A stretch of DNA of 64,000 bases from contig OZ024743.1 in the NCBI GenBank assembly GCA_964016885.1, forward strand, positions 52,266,001 through 52,330,000, read 5' to 3'. A program made the translations under genes and the position numbers. Below are positions 25,262 to 38,332 of this stretch, piece after piece. Position 1 is the stretch's first letter. Each line of letters starts with the position of its first letter. This DNA is from Eledone cirrhosa (taxonomy: Eukaryota). The notes beneath the pieces are model-generated. The model was not told the origin of the DNA, did no database searches, and was given only the letters and a program-made list of their open reading frames with translations.

Positions 25262-26439
25262 AGTGTAATTTACTACACAAAACGAAGGTTATAGAGAAAA
25301 TTGAGGTTGGTAATGGCACATGGAATATATAAGAGACAGAATACTTTTTTGTGAAAAAACATATAATTTTATAAGGTAAGGAAATAATAAAGGGTATAAA
25401 AAATGACCGGTTTCGATGGGTCTGCAAAAGCCATCTTTTCAAATGTTGATTAATATTAAGAAAAATTAATAATAAGAAGAGTTAAAATTTGAGATTTGAA
25501 AATTCAAGTATAAAATTCATTGTGGGATTTCATAGTAGTTTTCATCTTGGTAGCAGCTCGTTGACTGCTGTGTGCCTTTCTGGTAGTGAATGAGAAGTTA
25601 TTTGGGGGTGTGGGTTATTTTATAAAGGTCAAATTTAGCAATGGCCAGATAGCCAGCTGCTGGTCAGTGAGGGGGTGGAAGCAATATACATACATATATC
25701 TTCCTGTGGTCGGTAGGAGAGGGGAGATTGATAGGAAGGGATTTAGTGCACTTACACCTATATATACACACATACCTTCATCCACACATACATACATATA
25801 CATACACATATATATATATATATATATATATACACATTCATCCTCAGTAATGTAATAAATCAATGATTAATTATCCCGTTTAAAACCTCTATCCAACGAC
25901 GCTATTGTAAACAAAATGCTCCCACATACACATATACACACAAAACAGTTTAAAGGGAGGTAACTTTCACAGTCTTCAGATATCTCATAACAGAAAAGAG
26001 TTCTGTACCAAGGGACATAATTAACATTAATCATTTGAAATAGGATTTGTATTTAGTCGACGTTGTTTACAGATATAATGTATATATGCGTTATATCTAA
26101 ATAACTGGACATTTACTACTGCACATTTTTGTAGGTATATTTAAAGTAAATTATCAATATATATTCATATTGTTTGTGTATTTATTTAAAGTTAATTACA
26201 ATTATATACGCATATTTAAAGTGAATTATATACACCCATATATACATACTGTGTGTGTGTAAAGTTAATTACTATTATATACATATATTTAAAGTGAATT
26301 ATTAATATATACACGTTTATTTAACGTCAATTAATAATATATACATGCATTTATATACGTATATTTCAAGTGAATTATTTGTATATGTATTGTGGGAGGG
26401 TCATACTGTCTGAATATAAAAACGAAGTGTATATATGTT

Positions 26440-26458
26440 TTTTTCTTTATCTACACAG
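26440..26458 (+). other. TRAPPC2: 3' splice acceptor of a 5'-UTR intron of TRAPPC2
   Basis: Polypyrimidine tract ttttttctttatctacacag ending 47 nt upstream of the ATG (context aaccATGG). Confidence 0.6.
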
Positions 26459-26505
26459 TTGTGGACTGATTATTTAATCAACCACTCTCTCCTCCACCCA
26501 AAACC

Positions 26506-26937
26506 ATGGCTGGGAGCTATTACTTCGCTATCGTGGGGCATCATGATAACCCGATATTCGAGATGGAAACCTGCCCTCCCAACCACAAGAACCACGACCT
26601 AAAAAAGGACGATCACCGACATCTGAACCAGTTCATAGCACACGCTGCCCTGGACCTTGTGGATGAACAAATGTGGACGACGAACAACATGTACCTCAAG
26701 ATTGGAGATAAATTTAACGAATGGTTTGTTTCCTCTTTCGTCACGGCCAGTCGTATCCGCTTCATTATGTTACATGATGTGAAACATGAAGACGGCATCA
26801 AGAATTTCTTCACCGATGTCTATGAGATTTACATCAAACACACGTTGAATCCATTCTATGAGATCAACACACCCATTAAGTCGCCAGTCTTTGAGAGGAA
26901 GTGTCATTTCTTCGCCAGGAAATATCTGTCTGGATGA
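26506..26937 (+). CDS. TRAPPC2: Trafficking protein particle complex subunit 2 (sedlin / Trs20), complete, intronless CDS
   Basis: 143 aa with [85 protein letters not shown]; strongly similar to sedlin; TGA followed by TAA. Confidence 0.97.
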   Translation: MAGSYYFAIVGHHDNPIFEMETCPPNHKNHDLKKDDHRHLNQFIAHAALDLVDEQMWTTNNMYLKIGDKFNEWFVSSFVTASRIRFIMLHDVKHEDGIKNFFTDVYEIYIKHTLNPFYEINTPIKSPVFERKCHFFARKYLSG

Positions 26938-27465
26938 TAAACTGTCTGTTTATGTTGTTTTTCAAATTTATTATTGTTGTATGTATGTAGGTATGTGTAC
27001 GTATGTGAGTGTGTGGGTATATGTATGTATGTGTATATGTATGTATGTATATATATGTGTATGAATGTAAGTAGGTATGTGCTTATATATGTATCCGTCA
27101 CCCAATTTAACACCACCACCTTGGGTGCCTTTAGTCCACTCTGTTGCACACATTTGGGCCACGTCTCCTATGCTCAGTATAATATAGTGTGTGTCTATAG
27201 AAGACTAGCCACTTTGCATGTTCACTCATACACTGCTTTCTTTTTTTGATGGTAGAGTCTATTAATTATATATATATATATATAAAGAGTTTATGCTAAA
27301 ACCTGTGAACCTAGAGTGGAGAATATTAGCAGAGAGAATATACTCCTCGGACACATTTAGGATTTACATTGGTCTAAAAAGAAAGTTCTCAATACAGTTG
27401 GGTGGAATAATATTTATTTATTCAAAACTGAATCGGCTTGAGTTACTACTTGCTCCCGGTCTTTA

Positions 27466-27508
<43 letters not shown>

Positions 27509-27638
27509 TTAAAAAGCCAACTGTGGTGCCAAATTTAGCATCACAGCCGCATTTTTACTTTCCTCTATACCCACTCTGCTTCTTGCCATCAATAGAGTAC
27601 TCTCCTGATGTGTGGTGTCCTGGCCTCAGCACTGCAAA

Positions 27639-27673
<35 letters not shown>

Positions 27674-29712
27674 CACACACACAGATATTCTGGGTGTGTG
27701 TGTGTGTGATAGTGTTTATTGTTGTTGTTTTTTATGCCTATGTTAAAAATCATTCCAAAATGTTTTTCATACTGTACCCCCTCTACTTTGATACACCCTT
27801 GTGAAATATCCACTCCTTTGAATACTTGGGGTATCTTATGTATTAAAACGACATTCAGGAGTACCATATTAACAGAGGACCTCATTTATAGATGCTGCGA
27901 ATGTACCTCATTAACTGGAACACTTGGGGTACTGCTGTTGTTAGCGACACTGTGGGAGTACTTTTTATTAATGAAGACGTGTACCTACTTTATTACAGAA
28001 ACAAGCATAGTACCTGCTTTATTACAGAGACTGGGAGTACTTCACATTTCTTACAGACGTACACAATGTACCTCACACTCTCAAAGCACCTAACATACTC
28101 AGGGTACCTCACACACTCAGGTTACCTGACACACAGATTACCACACTCACAGTGTATTACACACACACAGGGCACTACCACACAAACACGCAGTGTAGTA
28201 CCTCACACATACACATTGTACTTCACACAGGGTACCACACTCATATGAAGTACCATGTAGATACTCTCCAGCATGTTGGACAATTTATCTAGAAGTGTTT
28301 AAAATGAGACAGAGAAATAGTGAAGAGAAAGATGAAAAAAATACAAGAGAAAACTTTGTAATGTCAATAAATTTTATTTATTTCAAAAATCTGAGGGTTC
28401 TTTTTATTTTATTTTCATAATTTTCTGTTCATAAATGCAAGTGGCTGAAAAGGAGTTGATTTGAAAGGTGTTTCAGGTAACGTTACTTGATAGAGGGCAT
28501 AACTCAGAGATCAGGTAGTTTCACCAGGTAGAGCTGCTACTTCTCCGCATCGAGAAATCTTGGCTCCAGTACTATGGACATGTGGTTAGAATTTCTAAGG
28601 AAAGAATCGATGGACAATTTTTAAGGCAAAACCAACCTGAGGAAGACCACAAGCAAGATGGTTGGATAACGCCCATAAGCTCAGTTGTTCTCACTTGGGG
28701 ATCCAGCCAGATCATTTTATGAGTTACTTCTGATAGGACCTTCTGGAAGGCATATTTGAAGACTGTAATCACAGTCCTGGTGGACGAAGTAGATCATTTT
28801 TTGGGACCTGCAATTCGTGGTGGTTCTGTGGCACAATTATTAATGTACCAAACTGGGTTTCTTATTGTGGTGTTTAATCCTTTTGATTCCAAATTGCCTG
28901 GAACTGCTCCTTAGAAATATGGTAACAAAAGGATTAAATACCTCCTTTTACATTCTCACACTCAATTCTAGCAAATTAGAGTTTTTATTTTATTTCTAAT
29001 TTTCATCTATTTTATTTTTTTACTTTTTAATCAAAGTGGATAAAAAGGCAGTGCCCCTGACCCTTTCCCTTCTATGGGCAATTCATCAACTTTAGAGACA
29101 GATGGTTCTTGTATATGTCCATGTGTGGGTGGGTGTATTTATAAGTATATATTTGTGTATGTGTGTATTTATAAGTATATATTTGTGTGTGTGGGTGTAT
29201 TTATAAGTGTATATATTTGTGTGTGTGGGTGTATTTATAAGTGTATATATTTGTGTGTGTGTATTTAAGTAATTTCTCTCTATATATTCCTCACTACCTC
29301 TCTCTGGCCCTCTAAGATCAGTGATATGAACTTTTGACCTGTGCTATTTGAAAGAACAGTCAGATTCATCTCTCGCGTGTCTATGTCTTTCTCTTTTTCT
29401 ATGATGTTAAAAATAGCTAAACTAAACCCTAGCAAAACCCTACAAAGCAGTCTATAAAAATGTAAGTACATTTTAGCTTGGCTGCCCCAAAATGATTTTA
29501 TAGTGTGTAATTCAGTTGTGCATGTTGAATTTTTTTCTATTTTTGACTATTTTTGAATCGATATTTCTTTTATAATGTATTTATGTTTTTATTGTGTATC
29601 AACTTGTTAAGCATGTTTGCATATGATTGGCTCAAGGTCATCTATGGAAGCTATGGATCTGACTCCAGTCTCGATCTGCTCATCAAACTGGGATTCAACA
29701 AAAACTAAAGTG

Positions 29713-30065
29713 CATCATCATCATCGTTTAACGTCTATCTTCCACGCTAGCATGGGTTTAGATGGGAATTGTCCCACGTGAGGCAAGATTGGTCGTCTTG
29801 CTTGTATAGGAATGTCTGGCAGGTTTTCTGGATGCCCTTCCTAACACCAACCACGTTTACAGTGTGGACTGGGAGGTTTTTACCGTGTTACCTACACGGC
29901 CACATTACAGCGTGGACTGTGTGTTTTTTTGTCGTGACACCTACACAACCTCATTTATTTAGGACTGGATGTTGTGGTACCAACATAACTTTACAGAGAA
30001 AGGTGTTGTGTAGATGGGGGTGTATTTTTGGTTAAGAGGTGCCTACTGACTGGAGGTTTCACCGT
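29713..30065 (-). mobile_element. RTE family-2 3' UTR fragment
   Basis: Matches 1988-2362; (CAT)n tail. Confidence 0.85.
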
Positions 30066-32039
30066 GTGCTCATATTGGTGCCACCACCAGTAATTCATTA
30101 AATCACATACACTATATCATCACCACCGTTTAAAGTCCATTTTTCCATGTTAGCATAGGTTAGACGAGTTGTCCTGTTGTGAGAAATGCCAGGTCAGATG
30201 ACTATATCTTGGTCATACAGAACTGATTTTAGCTTGGTTTCAACAGCTGGATGCCCTTCCGAATGCCAACCACACTAAGTGAGTACTGGGTGCTTTTTGT
30301 CGTGACACCTAAACAACCACTTTACAGTGTGGGCTGGGAGCTTTTTGATGTGACACCTACACAACCACTTTACAGTGTGGGCTGGGAGCTTTTTGTTGTG
30401 TCGCCATCACAATCACTTTACAGTGGGCCGGAGGCTTCACTAGATGTATGCTTCAGCTTGTCCTCATGGGTGATGTATGGAAAGGTGGGGTGGAGGTGGG
30501 TGGTGCATACTATATTTATGCTTCAGTTTCAGTCTGTGCCCATGGGAAGCAGGTTTTCTTGCTTACCCAGTTTCATCCAAGTCTCTATATGGTCACTCAA
30601 CCTGTTAGAAATAGCAGGCAAACCCTACCATCTGAAAAAAAGGGAAGGATACATTAGATATTTAGTCCTAGATACACTGAATATTAAAATAGACAGGATG
30701 GTCATGGTTAGAATGTTTTTTGATCAGAGCTGATCTTCATTTATAAGGCTTAGGTTGTCTAAAGGCAATGATACACATTTACACAAGATGCTGAGAAATG
30801 GGATTGAATCTGAGACTTTATGTTTGTGAAACGAATTACTTAATCACTTAACCTTGGCAGCACTCATGTTACTATAAATTAGTCCAAGTTTAACGATGGG
30901 GCACATGGGTAACAAAGTTTGATAAGGGAAATGTTAATGACATGATAGTGCTTGTTGTTTAGCCTCTGATCCAGCAAATCTAAGACCAAAATTGTCCCAA
31001 CCCATCATATATTCAGGTATAATGGATCTCAGACTACATTATCCTATGTATATTTTTTTGCGCGAATAGACTGTAATTTGAAGGGAATTTGGCTGTTATT
31101 TCCAGCAAGTCGAGTGGCCACATAGATTCCCCGCCTCCCTTTGGCATATTAGTGACGTGGTACATTGTTAAGATATGATTTTCCCATTAAACATTTCGTT
31201 ATCTCTGTTTCTCTGCAGTGTTCTATAGGAATTTTAAAATAGCAGCTAAACTCCCCTCAATTAAGATGAGGTAACTGTCGTTATTCGTTCAACTTTCTCT
31301 TCTGCATATCCCTCCTTTCTTTAAATGTATCTTTCTCTGACTCTCCTTCCCAATTCGTAAATGTTTTTGTTTTTTCTGCTGTTTTCGGATATCACTGACA
31401 ATAGATCTCGTTTCAAGAAAATGAAAATATATTGTCCGATTCACCGGATTTATTGTGTATATATGGACTAGGGTTATGTTCGTTTGTGTTAGGGTTAGGG
31501 CACCCCCGTCAGCTCGTAAGTGTGTTAAATGCAAAGGAATTTATATTTCGCCAGCACTATATGTACACCAATAGAAAATATGTCCGTGTTTGGAATTGAC
31601 TTCCGTTGGTTTCGACAGTTTGCTCATGAAATTAGAGTGTAAATGGCTGAGTATTCCACGAACACGTGTACCTTTAACGTAATTCTTAGGGAGACTCACA
31701 ACCTAAGGATTACGTTAAGGGTACACGTGTCTGTTGAATATTCAGCCATTTATACTATCATATAAAATAGATTATACCGGTGATTCAAAGAGTCAGCTTT
31801 GTCACACTCTGATTCTACCTGAGAATTACGTTAAGATTACACGTGTCAGTGGAATATTCAACCATCTATATGTTAATTCACAAGTTTGACGCTCCGTTGA
31901 GTGAACAACTGAACACTGATCGTCTAAACCGATAGAGGACAGATCACCAAGACGGGAGCATAATTTGAAAGAAGGGGAGATAACTCTCCAAGAATCTGCT
32001 AACTTCACCGGTTGTTCCTTCGGACACGAGATTGTAAAC

Positions 32040-32110
32040 ATGTTTCAAAGTTGTGTGAAAACATTATTGGTTCGGAATTATCGAACAGTCAGCCAACGTC
32101 TTCTTTCATC
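32040..32110 (+). CDS. MMAB: MMAB coding exon 1 (mitochondrial presequence-like)
   Basis: ATG, MFQSCVKTLLVRNYRTVSQRLLS(S): Arg/Ser/Leu-rich with no acidic residues; donor TC|gtaagt; phase 2 fits exon 2. Confidence 0.8.
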
Positions 32111-33037
32111 GTAAGTCCGATTTCAGCCACATTTTACATTTATAAATTTCTCATATAATCATACTGAAATGTAGCTTTATTGAAATTTTCCCAAATTACG
32201 TAAAAACATCATACACGGAAAAGGTTTGTAAATCTGTACCTGTACAGAAACAATACCTAACTTAACAGAAACTGCGAGAAATGTGTCTATAGACATGTCC
32301 CTGGGGAAATAATGTATGTAAACACACACACATGTGTAAACTTGTCCCCGAAGAAATGCGTAAAGTGGATTTACATATATAAATATGTATATTTACATGC
32401 TCATTTCTCGCACCTTCGACTTAATATTATACTGTTTGTGACAGATATATATTTATGTTGTATATGTTTATATCTATAGTATCATTGATGTAATAATGGT
32501 TTCTGACACAAGGCCAGTAACTTTGGGAGGGGGAAAGTCGATTAAATCGACTCCAGTGCGCGACAGGTACTTTATTTTATCGACCCCGTAAAGACGAAAG
32601 GCAAAGCTAATCTCGGCTGACATTGATGTAATAATTGTTTCTACTTTTGGCACAAGGCCAGCACATTGATGCAATAATAATAGACAATTGATATTTTAAT
32701 TTAACTGGTTTATCCTTTTGATACCTGACAGCTTGGTACAAGCCTGAGAAATATAACATTGAAAGGGTTAAATTGTTTATATTTAACTAAAATCCTTTTA
32801 CCATAATTCTATATAAGGATATTCTATGTAAGTTATGCCCCAGGCACCAGCTTCATGACGAGAAAGTTATATTACTAAATCCTTCTAAATTGTGGATTAT
32901 TTTTAAAATTATTTGAAAACTATAGTCAGTGTCTTTCATTATAAATATGGTAACAAAAGCGTTAAAATGAGCAGTCTTTGGCAGATATTGAAAAAATTAA
33001 AACTACATAACTTAATGGTTCATTATTTCTTGTTCAG

Positions 33038-33090
33038 TTCCAGTCCAGTTAGCAGTGCCCTGAAGATTTACACGAAAACAGGAGACAAAG
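33038..33090 (+). CDS. MMAB: MMAB exon 2
   Basis: ttcttgttcag acceptor; SSPVSSALKIYTKTGDK(G), the PduO-type ATP-binding motif; donor G|gtgagt. Confidence 0.93.
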
Positions 33091-34480
33091 GTGAGTGATG
33101 TATTTATTAGTCAAGGAAAGAAGAGCAGTGCCCATAACACTGAGGTTGCTGTGAGAGAGGGAGATAGGGTAGGGCAGTGACCATAACCCCTTTCAGAGTC
33201 TTCAAGACTGATGAGAGGGAAGGAGGAAGGAAGGTATCTCCAAACAAGATACCTGCTCCCAATAGAGTGGACTTTGCATCTAAGGGTCAGTCAGGGGTGT
33301 TAAACTGGATGGTAGATTAAGTCTACCACTAAAGTAGGCCACAATAGGATTTGAACTCAATATGTAAAGAGCTGGGACAATTAGTACAAGGTATCTCGTC
33401 CAATGCTCTAACAATTCCAACAATCCACTACATTGGATTGGAACTGTATTTTATCAACCCTAAAAGAACGAAAGTCAGGGTTGACATGGTTTTGTTAAAT
33501 AAATTCGTTATATTAAAGTAAGATATGAGTGTGTGGATTTAATTAGAACTTTTAAGATGCTTGTTTAAGGGGTTCTTCAGATATGGTCCTTGCAAAAGAC
33601 GATGTTTGAGAACCTTGGTTGTAGGGGCCTCCATGTCAACAGCTCCAGATGCAAGCTCTGGATCCTCAACTTAGGTTGTAGACCTGTCTACAGAGTCCTT
33701 CCCCTTTATTATGGTACCGCCCTCATTGACATGTTGCCCTCTAGGATCCCTAATTACAGACTTACTTTTGAGCCCATTTTTCTATCCAAGATAGTTAACA
33801 TTTAGGCAATCGAACTCTATACTCAGGAATTACCTATCGATTCCTAAGTTATTGCATGTGTTCAAAGTCAGTTCTTTCTATAGATTCTTGTCATCCCTCC
33901 AATGCTTTGATGGCCTAATCTTTAGTAAACTGGAATGCTTGGTCAACGTCAGACTCTCTCCAGAGTCTCGTGAACAGGCTGCAACAGGTTGATTTTTGAC
34001 AGCTATGGTATTTGTGTTTGTAATTTCCAGCTATCTATATTGTCAGCATATTTGTTTTGGAAAAAATGTGAACTTTGCTATTATGTAATTTCATGTACAT
34101 CATTTATTCTGATATAATAAAATCGTTTGTGATGTAAACAAATAGTAGCATTGTATTAAAGTAGAAGTTAATTCAATTGACTATATTACTCCTGCTTAAA
34201 GACCTGGTTTGAATGTTTACAACAAAGTGAACTCTGTTAAAGGCAGCCAAGGGCCAGGTAGTGGTTTTAAACAGAGTAACAGATTAAGTCTACTACTGTA
34301 GTAAGACTGTTGGAAAGAACCCTTCCAACACTTACAAGTATGGAAAAACAGGTGTAAAATGAATATAATATCATCATCATCGTTTTAACATCTGCTCTCC
34401 CTGCATAATATGTATATATATCATCATCATCATCATCATCATCATTTAACGTCTATTTCCGACGCTATCATGAGTAGGAC

Positions 34481-34636
34481 GTTTCTGTTGTCGTTTGTCT
34501 CACATCTAGTTGGAGTTCAAAAATTCTTTCTGTTTTATACAAAAAAAAGTGGCTCAGATTGCTATTTATTTAAAATGTAATTTGGTTGCTTGATGACAGT
34601 CACGTGACTAGATGTGAGACAAACCACAGCAGAAAC
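34481..34636. mobile_element. Small MITE-like element with 30-bp terminal inverted repeats
   Basis: gtttctgttgtcgtttgtctcacatctagt ... actagatgtgagacaaaccacagcagaaac. Confidence 0.55.
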
Positions 34637-35219
34637 ACTAACCCTCCGTCTCAATTTTACTTTTGAAAATCATAAGAACTATGAAACCAATGAAGTAAAT
34701 AAATATTCTTAAAAGACTCCAGTTGCATTTCTATTTCTTTTCCTTATATTTTTACCCATATGAGACATTTTAAAAATACCTTACTTTTTTATATATATAT
34801 AATGTATGTGTGTGTGCCTGTGTGTGTGTGCCTGCCTGTGTGTGTTGCTTTGTTTCTTGTCATCCATTATTGCAGGTGGTAATATTTGTTTACATTCTGC
34901 ATACAATGATCCCACTGTTCAGCAGTTAGATGTGTGAACATCTAAAGTACTACTTTACTTTAAAAAACAAGGGTTGTTATCATGAAAGACATCTGGTTGT
35001 AGAATCCTGCCTCTAAATGTCCAGCCTGTGGCACCATGGAAAAAATGGATGTAAAACTAATGATGATTATATGACACATTCATTAATGTTACATCTCACA
35101 CACTCTCTCTCACTTCCTATCACTCTCTCTCTTCCTCTCTTTACTCTCTCTCACTTCCTATCATCTCTCTCTTCCTCTCTTCACCCTTTCTTACCTCTTC
35201 TCTATCTTACTCCACACAG

Positions 35220-35313
35220 GAAAATCCTCCACATTTACAGGAGAAAGGAGATTTAAGGATGACCTCATATTTGATGCTCTTGGTTCAACTGATGAACTTT
35301 CCTCTGCTATTGG
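35220..35313 (+). CDS. MMAB: MMAB exon 3 (94 nt)
   Basis: (G)[30 protein letters not shown](G); cacag acceptor and gtatgt donor. Confidence 0.95.
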
Positions 35314-36496
35314 GTATGTATGTATTTATATGTATATCTCTATCTGTTTGTCCATCTGTCAGGCCGTGTGTGTGTGTGTGTTTGTCAGGCCGTGTGTGTG
35401 TGTCTCTTTGTCCATCTGTCAGGCTGTGTGTGTGTGTGTGTGTGTCTTTGTCCATCTGTCAGGTCGTGTGTGTGTGTATCTCTTTGTCCATCTGTCAAGC
35501 TGTGTGTGTGTATCTTTGTCCATCTGTCAGGCTGTGTGTGTGTGTGTGTCCATCTGTCTGTCTTATCTCAGTTTGTCCACCTGTCTCTCTAGTCGACTGT
35601 CTGTTAATCTGTCATCCTGGTTCTGTATGTTTCCGTCTGTCCGTCCAGTATCGACCCTAGACATTGTACAAAAACAAACAAGTAAAGAAATAAATCAGTA
35701 AATACAATATAAAATAAATAAAGACTAATTACATATAAATTACAAAACTGTACAAGCAAGTTGTATTTTATTGTATTATTTTATGTCAGGTTTCAAATCC
35801 CGGAGTCGATAAAATAAAGTACCAGTAATGCACTGGGATAATTGCTGGCCTTGTGCCAAAAGTAGAAACAATTATTTTATATCAGGTTTTGCTCTAAACA
35901 TTCATTCAACCCCCAGGGTAGTTCCATCAACCCCTGGGTATTGAGATTGACACTTTGGGGATGGACCCCGGATGTAGTAGCGTGTGATGAGAGATTCTGC
36001 TGCTATTTCTAGCAGGTAAAATTACCTCATAGTTTTCCCTTGGTTCGTTTTCAGTTGTGTAATTTATATCGGTTAGGGAGTACTGGGAGTGGTTTGTTAT
36101 TGTTTAGCCCAAAGTCAGCCCCAATTCTAGCCGTGACCATCCCATATATTCCCTATGCACAAGGAACCTATAATCCACATTATCCAATATGCAATTTTTT
36201 AAAGGTATGGCAGATTTGGCTGCTATTTCTAGCAGGTAGCTCCTTAGTAGGTTCGAACTATGGTTGGTGTGATAAAAAAAATTAACCAAAAAGGTTTACG
36301 CAACACAAATCCATTCAATTATCTCTTTTGAGAGTAGTGGGTTTGTAGACTTGGTAGAGCGTCGGATAAAATAATATTGCGTTACTCCAAAATTTGCTGA
36401 CTTTGTACCTAAATTAGAAAGTAATTATTCCCCTTGAATTGCTTTGCTTCCACACAAGGGACGTAACTCTTCCTGACGTGCATTGCTTCCTCTATA

Positions 36497-36870
36497 ATAA
36501 TTGTTTCTACTTTAGGCACAAGGCCAGCAATTACCTCAGTGCATTACTGGTACTTTATTTTATCGACCCCTTAAGGATGAAAGACAAAGCTAACCTTGGT
36601 GGGATTTGAAACTAGAACATAGAGAGCCAGAATGAAAGGCAGCAATATATTTCATCTGATGCACTAACGATTCTGCCAATCCAATTATAATATATCTGTA
36701 GAACGTTGGAAAACATGCTTTGTGTCATAGAGCTACGTTCCTTTACGTTCTGAGTTCAAATCCTTACGGGGTCAATAAAATAAAGCATCAGTAATACACT
36801 GAGGCCGATTCAAACGACTTTCCCCTCCCCACAAAAATGGCTGGTCTTGTGCCTATAGTAGAAATCAATA
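36497..36870. mobile_element. Two family-A SINEs in head-to-head inverted arrangement
   Basis: Minus copy ~36497-36683 and plus copy ~36697-36870. Confidence 0.7.
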
Positions 36871-37023
36871 ATATATCTATTTGTGTGTTGTGTTACGGCC
36901 AGATGCTCTTCCTAGTGCCAACTCTTACAATAACCACTGATACGGGTTCCTATTGAAACTTCTTGTCAAATAACAAAACCTAGTAAAAGAATAAACTTCA
37001 TCCTCGTCTTCATCATTTTCCAG

Positions 37024-37081
37024 GTTTGCTGCGGAACTCTGTAAAGAGGGAGGACATATAATGGACAACAGACTGCAAACT
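37024..37081 (+). CDS. MMAB: MMAB exon 4 (58 nt)
   Basis: ttttccag acceptor; FAAELCKEGGHIMDNRLQT; gtaagt donor; phases consistent. Confidence 0.92.
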
Positions 37082-37539
37082 GTAAGTATGTCTTGTTTCA
37101 AACTCATTTAATATTAAACTACCTGAAATCAAGGGAGTTTCTGGGTGGTGAGCTAACCTTCTAGAAATAGCAGCAAAACCTCCCTCAAATTTAGTCACAT
37201 CAACAAGCAGTAACATAGTGTTCTAACCTTGCATTTCTCCAAAATTACTCATGTTTTTAATCCGGTCATTTGTAGATATATGCTGAATATTTATGTAATT
37301 ATTAAAATATCATTCTTATCTTTAGTCACTTTGACATACTAGTAATCAACATAGATTCTAGGGTTTCTCTTATGCAAACCTTTAATTTATCAAAACGCAA
37401 ATTTCTCAGTCTTTATGATTATTCACATATCTGGCAAAGCTGATATATCTATATGGCATTTCAATCCAGGAATCCAAACATCAAACATGTTCAATGTTAG
37501 TGCCATCATTATTGATGGCACTGGTTGACTAGTATGTAC

Positions 37540-37570
<31 letters not shown>

Positions 37571-37571
<1 letters not shown>

Positions 37572-37745
37572 CATCATCATTTTACGTCCGCTTTTCCCTG
37601 CTTGCAAGGATTGAACGGGTCCTATTCGGCACAGCATCTCTCCACTTGTGACGGTCCTTCGTCATCTCCTCGGTGAGTTTCAGCGATCTGAGGTCTGCTC
37701 GCACCACCTCCGCCCATGTTTTTTGTGGTCTACTTCTACTGCGTC
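37571..37745 (-). mobile_element. RTE family-1 3' fragment
   Basis: Reverse complement of ~1545-1720. Confidence 0.8.
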
Positions 37746-38015
37746 TTAAAAAACATGTTTTTTAATTTTCTTATGACAGGCTAAAGAAATTAGGGTCCAG
37801 AACCCAACGAAACTTAAGTACCTGTTTATGTCACTGTTGTAATTATTTATACTAAACTCGTCCTATGGACTGAGTGCTCTTACTCTTAGATATTTCCACT
37901 TAACCTTTACTTCAGTATCTTTATATATATATATGTGTGTGTGTGAGTGTGTGTGTTTCTTTAAAATAAAATCTAATTTTAAAAAGAATGTATCTTTGTT
38001 GTTGCCATTCTGTAG

Positions 38016-38088
38016 ATCCAGTGTGTGTTGCAAGATGTTGGATCCAATATTGCGACTCCCAAATCGTCAGCAAATAACACCCAACTAA
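38016..38088 (+). CDS. MMAB: MMAB exon 5 (73 nt)
   Basis: ctgtag acceptor; IQCVLQDVGSNIATPKSSANNTQL; gtaagt donor. Confidence 0.95.
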
Positions 38089-38332
38089 GTAAGTATATCC
38101 AAGTTTTCATGTATTTGTGGCTGGGATGGTAGTGGTGTTGGGGGTTCTTGTAATCTTTGCTGGCTTTTAGCATATTAAATATATATATATATTTCTTATT
38201 TTGAGAGGGTGCCGTACCCATGACCACCATCACCTCAGGCTGCCTCAAAGAGTGACATCCAACCTATGTCAACATAAAAATGTAGCCATCCAAAATAATG
38301 ATGTAGTGATGATTATATATATATATACATAC

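Noticed and set aside
25955-25982. Minus-strand CTGAAGA-ctgt-GAAA as a hammerhead
   Set aside because: No stem II and no convincing stem I or III; likely a chance match
31489-31500. Telomeric TTAGGG repeat
   Set aside because: Only two units; too short to interpret
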